Assembly (NCBI GenBank): GCA_963765495.1
Contig: CAVXWP010000017.1
Location: 1 to 64,000, forward strand
Source of the DNA: Blastocatellia bacterium
GTDB lineage: Bacteria > Acidobacteriota > Blastocatellia > UBA7656
DNA length: 64,000 bases
Reading direction: 5' to 3'
In this document: piece by piece, positions 1 to 7,258 of the stretch
Numbering within the stretch: position 1 is the first letter of the stretch
Layout of the letters: each line of letters begins with the position of its first letter
Program-made: the position numbers and the translations under genes
Notes under the pieces: model-generated
Databases searched by the model: none
The model's input: only the letters and a program-made list of their open reading frames with translations
What the model was told of the DNA's origin: nothing

Positions 1-75
1 AGATAACCGGCGCGCTGTGGCCTGCAATGCAAGCGAGACATTGGTATGCGCGTCCGGTTGATGGACCAGTTAGGC
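1..75 (-). repeat. attC site (partial)
   Basis: ATAACCGGCGCGC...GCGCG(T)CCGGTT(G)AT...GTTAGGC(69-75). Confidence 0.9.
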
Positions 76-269
76 GCATTCCACCTTGTAGGTTCAATAG
101 AGTTACTCGTTCCCCTCTGCCAAGGCGCGCCCAGTGTTGATTTGCTTTTCAATCAGCAAATATAGGAGGGCGCGGCGGACTGATTGTGTCAGCACTGTTG
201 GCAGGCAATTAGTCTGATTGCTTCATAGACGAGTAGTATGCCTCTTTTTCACGGATGGCTTTCCTGTGC
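76..269 (-). mobile_element. Gene-less cassette body, family A (short type, diverged variant)
   Basis: Lies between attC sites; homologous to 356-548; no ORF of useful length confined to the cassette. Confidence 0.8.
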
Positions 270-355
270 GCTTAACGCCGGAGATAACCGGCCCGCTGTG
301 GGCTCAGGGATAATGAAGGGTTGGAATGCGGGTCCGGTTGATGGACCAGTTAGGC
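270..355 (-). repeat. attC site
   Basis: GCTTAAC(270-276)...GTTAGGC(349-355); AT-AACCGG-CCCGC pairs with GCGGG-T-CCGGTT-G-AT (two extrahelical bases). Confidence 0.95.
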
Positions 356-548
356 GCATTCCACCTTGAAGGTTCGGTAAAGATACCACTGTCGAAATGC
401 CAAGCCGCGCCAACAGATAGCTTCGACTCAACCGGAATTTATCGGGTAGCGCGGCGCAGTGATTGTGTCAGTACACTTTGTAGACATGTAGTCTGATTGC
501 TTGGTTGACGATCAGTGTGGCTCATTATCACGTATGGCTTCCCTGTGC
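356..548 (-). mobile_element. Gene-less cassette body, family A (short type, copy 1 of 3)
   Basis: Near-identical to 2804-2997 and 3421-3613. Confidence 0.85.
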
Positions 549-633
549 GCTTAACGACGAGTTCAGCGGCGCGCTGTGGGTGGAGGGATAATGAATCGGT
601 GGCATGCGCGTCCGCTGGAATGAGCAGTTAGGC
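549..633 (-). repeat. attC site
   Basis: GCTTAAC...TTCAGCGGCGCGC...GCGCG(T)CCGCTG(G)AA...GTTAGGC. Confidence 0.95.
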
Positions 634-1069
634 GGCTTCCTTCGCCGATTCATCCTTCTTGAGCTTTCCTGATCATAACCCTCCTATTCTTATCTCTCGT
701 TTCTGCACAGTTTCTCTTCTTCCTCACAGGTCATTTCCTCTCTCGTGCGACAGGTGTTGCTCTCTTTCGTCGGGGAAGCTTTTTGATCTGCCTACTTCCT
801 CTTTTCCAAACTCGCCTCTCTGATGCTTGTCTCAACAGGCAATCGGCTGAACAGGCTTCTTCGCCAGACAGGTTTATATGAGCAATGCTGAAAGACTGCT
901 TTGGGAGAAAGAAGTGTCAGATGAAGGAGCAGGGATGAGAGACACAGCAGAGTAGTAGGGGATAAAGAGGCAAGAGAATCGAGCAAGTAGGGGTCCTGGC
1001 GATGACTTGCCTGGACAGGTTTCAACAGCAAGGCAAACTGAGTCGTCTCCCTTTCGTCGGTGATCTGAC
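634..1069 (-). mobile_element. Gene-less cassette body, family B
   Basis: Shares sequence blocks with 1155-1507; pyrimidine-rich then purine-rich on the + strand. Confidence 0.75.
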
Positions 1070-1154
1070 GCCTAACACCGAGATAACCGGCCCGCAGTGG
1101 CCACAGGGATAATGAAACGGTGGTATGCGGGTCCGGTTGATTGAGCGGTTAGGC
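1070..1154 (-). repeat. attC site
   Basis: GCCTAAC...AACCGGCCCGC...GCGGG(T)CCGGTT...GTTAGGC. Confidence 0.95.
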
Positions 1155-1507
1155 GGCCCCTTGAGTGCTTCATTTTCTTGAGCCTTGCTCAATACATTCC
1201 TCCATTTCTCAGGTTCTCTGTTGGATACAGGTTTTCCTGCTATGGTCAGGGAAGCTGCTTGATGCGTGAAGTTCATTCATACCTGGCAGGTCTTCTCTGG
1301 CGCTTGGCTCAAATGGTGATTGCACTGCGAAAGTATCCTTGAGAGGCAGCATTATCATTGAGCCATGCTGAAAGATAGTTTCGGGAGGAACGAGTATGAG
1401 GTAAAGAGGAAAGAGAAGCGAGCAAGTAGCTGTCCTTATGATGACTTACCTGAACATGTTTTCGCATCATCGCTTGAAGAGTCGTATCGTTCCAGCGATG
1501 ATCTGAC
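1155..1507 (-). mobile_element. Gene-less cassette body, family B
   Basis: Homologous to 634-1069; no shared reading frame. Confidence 0.75.
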
Positions 1508-1593
1508 GCCTAACGCCGAGTTCAGCGGCGCGCTGTGGCCTCCGATGCAAGTAAACTGTTGGCATGCGCGTCCGCTGGAATGAGCGGTTAGGC
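1508..1593 (-). repeat. attC site
   Basis: GCCTAAC...GTTAGGC with internal palindrome. Confidence 0.95.
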
Positions 1594-2059
1594 CCGACCC
1601 CCAGTCAAGCCGCTACACATCCTCGCAGTCACTTCCATCGCGGATCACTGCTTCAAATTATCTGTCGAGACAACACCGTCATCTCCGCAGCCGCTCGCTT
1701 CCTTGTATGAATTGGTTTTCTCTCAGAGCCGAGTCGAAATAAGAGCAGGAAGGAGTAATGCATTGGAGTGAAGAGAATAAGGGAAAAGCAAGAATGAGAC
1801 GATCAATGTCAAAGCAGAGAGTCGAAGGAAAGAGACGAGAGGAGAGGAGAAGGATGAGGATCAAGGAGAGGCAATGGAGAGACAGGGCAAGAGAGAAGGA
1901 AGGAAAGCGAAGAAAGAGAGGGCAGGAGATGGAAAGGAACCAAGGCCAGGTCGAAGAGAAGAGAGGGAAGAGCAATGAGGAGATAGAAGAGAAAGGAAGG
2001 AAAAAAGAGAAGAGGAAAGAAAGAAAGACCAATCGAGGAATTGGAAAGCAACAAGGAGG
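1594..2059 (-). mobile_element. Cassette body with a polypurine(+)/polypyrimidine(-) tract; no credible gene
   Basis: About 1740-2059 is mostly A/G on +; the overlapping ORFs are low-complexity and cross attC sites. Confidence 0.7.
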
Positions 2060-2145
2060 GCCTAACGACGAGTTCAGCGGCGCGCTGTGGGTTGAGAGGA
2101 TAATAAGGAGGTGGAAAGCGCGTCCGCTGGAATGAGCAGTTAGGC
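2060..2145 (-). repeat. attC site
   Basis: GCCTAAC...GTTAGGC with internal palindrome. Confidence 0.95.
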
Positions 2146-2717
2146 TGGTTACCAATGCTAATTTTCCTTTCAGGTTTACTCTGTGCTTTCTGATAGTTGC
2201 TTCCCTTTTGCATACCTTTCTTCTTAACTCGGTTCCTATTCTGTTTCCTGATTAGTTTGAATCCTGCCACGAATACCAGAACTATTAATGGTGTCAGACG
2301 AAGACTTCATACGATGGCAACTGGCCTGTTTCAATGCCAGGACCATAATGATTACAGTCATTAGCCCAGCTTGCAATCAGCAGATACCATATTTATTTGG
2401 TCGAGGCCCGGAGATCAGAGGATGTATATTTCCACCAGATAAAATATCGCGGGATCATAGCGATCCTCCTGCCACTCATAAAGGCGTTCAATCGGATTGT
2501 CATTGATGGATCGGTTCTTATTCCATGTGTCGAAATCTCTTTCTCTTTCGCATGGCACAACTCACGAAATATCGAATATCAGTTCAAATACGAAGTGAGT
2601 GTATCAGTACTGTCGGAGGTGAGATAGTCTGAATAGTGATATTTGTATTTGGCGAATTGCTTCGGGAAGGGGTTCCTGAGGCTTTAACTAAATCAGGAAT
2701 TGCGATGAGACTGCGAG
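2146..2717 (-). mobile_element. Unique AT-rich cassette body; no long ORF in cassette orientation
   Basis: Lies between attC sites; only short antisense ORFs or attC-crossing ORFs. Confidence 0.7.
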
Positions 2718-2803
2718 GCCTAACGCCGGAGATAACCGGCCCGCTGTGGGCTCAGGGATAATGAAGGGTTGGAATGCGGGTCCGGTTGATGGACCAGTTA
2801 GGC
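2718..2803 (-). repeat. attC site
   Basis: Identical to 270-355 except in the box contributed by the neighbouring cassette. Confidence 0.95.
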
Positions 2804-2997
2804 GCATTCCACCTTGAAGGTTCGGTAAAGATACCACTGTCGAAATGCCAAGCCGCGCCAACAGATAGCTTCGACTCAACCGGAATTTATCGGGTAGCGC
2901 GGCGCAGTGATTGTGTCAGTACACTTTGTAGACATGTAGTCTGATTGCTTGGTTGACGATCAGTGTAGCCTCATTATCACGGATCGCTTCCCTGTGC
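2804..2997 (-). mobile_element. Gene-less cassette body, family A (short type, copy 2 of 3)
   Basis: Near-identical to 3421-3613, with one extra C. Confidence 0.85.
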
Positions 2998-3085
2998 GCT
3001 TAACGCCGGGGATCAGCGGCCCGCTGTGGGCAGAGGGATAATGAGGCGGTGGCATGCGGGTCCGGCTGAATGCCACCGGTTAGGC
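2998..3085 (-). repeat. attC site
   Basis: GCTTAAC...CAGCGGCCCGC...GCGGGTCCGGCTG...GTTAGGC. Confidence 0.9.
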
Positions 3086-3334
3086 GCGTTCTGATCTTGT
3101 AAGTTCGTTACAGATGAATATTCCTGTCGTTCAAGCCGCGCAAGCTTACTTTACCTAGCGGACTTTGACTCTGCCTTTTCAGACTAGCGCAGCAGTGTGA
3201 GCTATCGCGACGTAGCGTTCTACGCTGCAATCTGAGCCAGTGTAGTCTAACAGCACTGCTTGTAGACAGGTAATATTGTCTGCTGCATCTTGGCGATCAG
3301 TGTGGTTGATTTTCATCGGACCACTTTCCTGCGC
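3086..3334 (-). mobile_element. Gene-less cassette body, family A (long type)
   Basis: Homologous to 3700-3961; shares blocks with the short type. Confidence 0.8.
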
Positions 3335-3420
3335 GCTTAACGCCGGAGATAACCGGCCCGCTGTGGGCTCAGGGATAATGAAGGGTTGGAATGCGGGTCC
3401 GGTTGATGGACCAGTTAGGC
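3335..3420 (-). repeat. attC site
   Basis: Identical to 270-355. Confidence 0.95.
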
Positions 3421-3613
3421 GCATTCCACCTTGAAGGTTCGGTAAAGATACCACTGTCGAAATGCCAAGCCGCGCCAACAGATAGCTTCGACTCAACCGG
3501 AATTTATCGGGTAGCGCGGCGCAGTGATTGTGTCAGTACACTTTGTAGACATGTAGTCTGATTGCTTGGTTGACGATCAGTGTAGCTCATTATCACGGAT
3601 CGCTTCCCTGTGC
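3421..3613 (-). mobile_element. Gene-less cassette body, family A (short type, copy 3 of 3)
   Basis: Near-identical to 356-548 and 2804-2997. Confidence 0.85.
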
Positions 3614-3699
3614 GCTTAACGCCGGAGATAACCGGCGCGCTGTGGCCCCGATGCCATCGAGAAGGTGGTATGCGCGTCCGGTTGATCGACCAGTTAGGC
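3614..3699 (-). repeat. attC site
   Basis: GCTTAAC...AACCGGCGCGC...GCGCG(T)CCGGTT(G)AT...GTTAGGC. Confidence 0.95.
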
Positions 3700-3961
3700 G
3701 CGTTCTGATTTGCAAGTATGTCACAGATAATTGCCTTCGTAATAGCCGCGCTGGCCCACTTTGCCTTTTAGCGAGGCTTTGACCTATCCTATTAAAGAAG
3801 CGCGGCGGAGTGTGAGGCTAACTCGACAGACGAAGAGAGGTCATCGCTGGTTGCAATCTGAGGGCCAGTGTGAGTCAAACAGCACAGCTTGTAGGCAGGT
3901 ATTCTTCGGCTGCGATCTTGACGATCAGTGTGATTCATTCTCATCGACCAACTTCCTGCGC
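3700..3961 (-). mobile_element. First (attI-proximal) cassette body, gene-less family A (long type)
   Basis: Lies between attI and attC 3614-3699; homologous to 3086-3334. Confidence 0.8.
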
Positions 3962-3990
3962 GCTTAACTTTGAAGTAGACTGCCTAATGG
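3962..3990 (-). other. attI recombination site (approximate extent)
   Basis: Minus strand reads CATTAGGCAGTCTACTTCAAA-GTTAAGC: a GTTRRRY core preceded by an A-run, not part of an attC hairpin, lying between the array and intI. Confidence 0.75.
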
Positions 3991-4076
3991 CCGCCACCTT
4001 TTGCGCCTGTTTGGCTGTGTAAGCCAGCCATCGCTTCTTTACCTTCTTTTACTTCAACATTTCCCTACATACTCAC

Positions 4077-4113
4077 TTGCTTACACGCATTCTCTCCCTT
4101 TATATTACACGCA
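4077..4113 (+). promoter_or_regulatory. Putative intI promoter
   Basis: TTGCTT-N18-TATATT upstream of intI, overlapped by direct repeats TTACACGCA at 4081 and 4105. Confidence 0.4.
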
Positions 4114-4152
4114 CCCGGGTTATTCCTTTTCTCTCTTCTGAGGTCCCCTTAC

Positions 4153-5106
4153 ATGTCTAAGCTCCTCGATCAGGTTCGCTCCATTTTACGCACTCGTAAC
4201 TACTCCATCCGTACCGAGCAAGCCTACCTCCATTGGATCAAACAATTCATCCTCTTCCACAATAAATCCCATCCCGCCTCTCTCGGCTCGGCTGAGGTTA
4301 GCTCCTTTTTATCTCATCTGGCCGTTGCGCGCAATGTCGCCCCTGCCACTCAGCAACAAGCCACTTCCGCCTTGCTTTTCCTCTACTACGATGTTCTCGA
4401 CATCCAACTTGGCTGGATCGCCAATATTGAAAGGGCCAAAAAGCCTGCTCGTCTGCCTGTGGTTTTCACGAGAGTTGAGGCACGGAATATCCTCCTTCAT
4501 ATCACAGGGGGGAAATTCTTGATGGCCAGCTTGCTCTACGGGGCGGGACTCCGATTGATGGAATGCCTTCGCCTTCGCGTCAAAGATATTGACTTTGGCT
4601 ACAATCAGATCGTTGTACGTGATGGCAAAGGCAAGAAAGATAGAGTCACTGTACTGCCTGCCCCTCTTATCGAACCACTGCGACATCATCTGGCACACGT
4701 TAAGGCAATCCACGAGAAGGATCTGCGTGAGGGATACGGGCAAGTCTATCTGCCCTATGCTCTTTCGAGGAAGTATCCAAGCGCCGAGCGGGAATGGAGT
4801 TGGCAGTATGTCTTTCCCGCAAACAAGCGAAGCCTCGATCCCCGGACAGGGAAGATACAGCGACATCATTTTGCTGAGACTGCCTTACAAAGGGCTGTGA
4901 AATCGGCGATTCGAGCAGCGGGAGTTCACAAGCAGGCGAGTTGTCACACATTTCGGCACAGCTTTGCAACGCACTTGTTGGAAGCGGGCTATGACATACG
5001 GACAGTGCAGGAGTTACTTGGGCATAAGGAAGTAAGCACGACAATGATCTACACGCATGTACTAAACAAGGGAGGTAAAGGTGTTCGCTCTCCGCTTGAG
5101 CTATAG
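4153..5106 (+). CDS. intI: Integron integrase (tyrosine recombinase)
   Basis: [26 protein letters not shown] and TMIYTHV catalytic motifs plus the integron-specific insert [23 protein letters not shown]; adjacent attC array. Confidence 0.97.
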   Translation: MSKLLDQVRSILRTRNYSIRTEQAYLHWIKQFILFHNKSHPASLGSAEVSSFLSHLAVARNVAPATQQQATSALLFLYYDVLDIQLGWIANIERAKKPARLPVVFTRVEARNILLHITGGKFLMASLLYGAGLRLMECLRLRVKDIDFGYNQIVVRDGKGKKDRVTVLPAPLIEPLRHHLAHVKAIHEKDLREGYGQVYLPYALSRKYPSAEREWSWQYVFPANKRSLDPRTGKIQRHHFAETALQRAVKSAIRAAGVHKQASCHTFRHSFATHLLEAGYDIRTVQELLGHKEVSTTMIYTHVLNKGGKGVRSPLEL

Positions 5107-5445
5107 CATCGCAAAAAGCCGGACAACAAAATGAAGACAGACTCAAGTAGCCTGATCCGCATACAACAGGCCCTAGATCGTCATCTTCATTTCGCCACCC
5201 TCATCTGCCGCAAGCCACGGCCTACGGTGAAAGATTAAGCCTCTTCGGGAGGGGGTAACCCGAGAACTTGTCGAGCATCCGGCCAGTCTTGTTCCAATAT
5301 CCCGACTATTGCTTCATCCGTAAGCGACGTTTCATTGCGGATAGTTTCAAATGTCTGCTTTAACTCCGCGATGCGCCGGGCCTTATCATCGTGTTGAATG
5401 AGGCGTTACTGTTGCAATCGCCCTTCGATGATATCCAGATGCTTA

Positions 5446-6443
5446 TAGCGGTTTTCATTTGAGTGAGAAGACATAGCCACAATGCTTGAACCAGCCAATG
5501 ATGTCATTCTCCGTAACCAGGGCAATGGCTTTCGCCAGCGCGTTGTACAATTTCCTTGGCGTCCCCGCTTTGAAACGCCGCAACGCCGCTTTGATCTTTG
5601 AAATGCATTCCTCAAGCGGATTGAAGTCGGGTCAGTAAGCTGGCAGATATAATACTTTGACGCCCGCTGCTTCAATCCTTGCGATAGCTCTTGGCGAAGA
5701 ATGAAACTTGATCTTGTCGAGGATGAGGATCGTCCCTGCTCGCAAGCTGGGCAGCAGCATCTGCTCGACGTATAAATCAAAGATTTCCGAGTTGAAGGCG
5801 CCCTCAATCATCAGCGGCGCTTCGACACCACTCAGGCTCAAGGCGCTTATGACAGAGAGCTTGGTGCCGGGATCAAACGGCTCACTGACCACCGCACGCT
5901 GGCCAATTGGAGCGCGGGCGTGAATGCGGGTCATTGCTAAATTGATGCCGAATTCGTCAAGAAATATCAAATCTTCGACCTTCAACTGTTCTTGTTGTTG
6001 GCGGAACGTCGCACGTGCTTGGGAGTTAGCTTCGGCAGCGAGTTTCGACTTTTTTTTCGCGAAAGGCCACGCGCTTGCAGGGCGCGACAAATGGTGCTAG
6101 TACTGACTTCAAGACGAGATTTCTTTTTCAATTGCTGACGCAGTTCATCAAGTGTGGCGTCAGGAGAAAGGGCAACCAATACAGATAACTTGAGACAGTG
6201 GTCTTGAGTGAGCTTTGCAGATGGGCCGCCGTGAGGCAAGGGGGCAATATGATTGAGTTGGCGCTTTTGGCGCAAGTGTTTGTAAATGAAGGATTCGTGG
6301 ATGCCGAAGAGTTTAGCAATCTCTCGCTTGCTGTTGTCCTTACGCTCAACAGCATCAAGGATTCGTTGTCGAAGGTGTAAAGAATAGGCAGCCATAATTT
6401 TAGTAAAGCGCATTCAATCTATTCGTTCAAGTGCAAACCACTG
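5446..6443 (-). mobile_element. IS630-family insertion sequence (inactive)
   Basis: Imperfect terminal inverted repeats TAGCGGTTTTCATTTGA / TCAAGTGCAAACCACTG with a TA duplication (5444-45, 6444-45); HTH and DDE ORFs. Confidence 0.85.
5455..6395 (-). pseudogene. IS630 transposase: two ORFs joined by an A8G -1 frameshift site, with a premature TGA
   Basis: N-terminal HTH (MAAYSLHLRQRI); FLDEFG, ILDK; YLPAY*PDFNPLEE where the usual motif is YSPDxNPIE. Confidence 0.85.
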
Positions 6444-6445
6444 TA

Positions 6446-7027
6446 GTAAGCGGAACAGTAGCCATTCCAGTAGAATTATCTTTGTAGTACACAAAACCGC
6501 TACTGGTTTCTTTATACAGTATTGATTCTCCTTCACTTTTATCGAAGTGTGGGCGCTTCAATTCAGGCGTGGCGTATTGGAGAAGCTCCTGCACAAGTGC
6601 CTCACTAAGGCTACTCTTGCTTGGCCCTACATTTTTTTGATGCGCTCGGCAAAAAAGTCGTCGAGGCCAACCTTATTGCCACCTGCTGAAGGTGGGAGAT
6701 AGATAAAGAGGACTTCAGCACCTCTGCTGCGTAGAAATTCAGAAATGCGCACGAGAGCTTTGTGGACCTGAGATTTTCCATTACATCTGAGTCGAAAACG
6801 ATGTACACCTTGCGATCATTAAGCGCGATATACTCCCAATCAGGCAGAATAGTTTTCCCGCCATATTGATTTGAGCCGCGAAAGTTCCACACGCCAAGCA
6901 GGGCAATGCAGTACAATTCTTGAGAGATTGCGCTATCAGCCTTACGAATCCCTTCCGTATTGAACAGTGGGACTCGTGGAGCACCGAGCGATTTACGAAT
7001 GCGAGGATGCACATCTACGCACATCAC
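6446..7027 (-). pseudogene. DUF3854/TOPRIM primase-like remnant of a phage or plasmid element, frameshifted and truncated
   Basis: TEGIRKAD...LGVWN...PDWEYIAL.DRKVYIVFDSD motif, continuing in another frame as GNKVGLDDFF; interrupted by IS630; 5' end cut at the tRNA fragment. Confidence 0.7.
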
Positions 7028-7028
7028 C

Positions 7029-7069
7029 CATTCACGAGGCCAGGGGTTCGAATCCCCTCAACTCCACCA
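7029..7069 (+). tRNA. 3' half of tRNA-Ala (fragment; att-site scar, not a complete tRNA)
   Basis: CATTCACGAGGCCAGGGGTTCGAATCCCCTCAACTCCACCA contains the 3' side of the anticodon arm, the T-arm and an Ala-type TCCA-CCA end; the 5' half is absent. Confidence 0.75.
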
Positions 7070-7258
7070 TTATTTTCAGAGAATCAGGGCCACCATCAGG
7101 GTGGCCTAAATTTCGGTGGCCTAAATTTCGCGCTCCCACATTTGTTCCCACATGGGGGAAATTCAGGGACACAGCGGATTGTTTGAAGAGGCTGCCAGTA
7201 GCGAGGAAGAAAGTGCTATACTTCCTTTAACAAAGTTGCGAGACAAGGAAAAAACAAG

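Larger units (their letters stand above)
1..5106. mobile_element. Integron: intI (+) with divergent cassette array on the minus strand (at least 10 attC sites, continues beyond left edge)
   Basis: IntI-type integrase, attI-like site at 3962-3990 and ten 85-88 bp attC palindromes (the first truncated by the window edge). Orientation is fixed because identical cassette bodies carry an identical attC on their low-coordinate side, and by the extrahelical G/T positions. Confidence 0.95.

Noticed and set aside
1679-2270. Leu/Ser/Phe-rich and Arg/Lys/Glu-rich ORFs
   Set aside because: Expected by-products of the purine tract (few stops possible); all cross an attC site.
249-3496. Repeated ORFs MSRSYLLARLG... 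(249-431, 2688-2879, 3179-3496)
   Set aside because: They start at TTG mid-cassette, read through attC into different neighbours, and recur only because the cassette is triplicated.
1-3700. CRISPR array interpretation of the repeats
   Set aside because: Repeats are 85-88 bp attC palindromes with 190-570 bp spacers next to an integron integrase; no cas genes in the window.
3179-3940. Micro-ORF M..HTDRQ at the start of family A cassettes
   Set aside because: The frame is not conserved: members differ by frameshifting indels, the 2804-2997 copy has a 1-bp insertion just after the ATG, and the 76-269 member stops after about 9 codons. Not fully excluded without Ribo-seq.
76-3961. Retron msr-msd or DGR template interpretation of the structured cassettes
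   Set aside because: No reverse transcriptase in the window, and the variation is not adenine-specific.
5632-5634. Selenocysteine TGA in the IS630 transposase
   Set aside because: The position corresponds to Ser of YSPD, not Cys; a simple nonsense mutation.
6967-7069. Complete tRNA or tmRNA gene
   Set aside because: Only the 3' 41 nt fit a tRNA; the upstream sequence is the antisense of the primase remnant.
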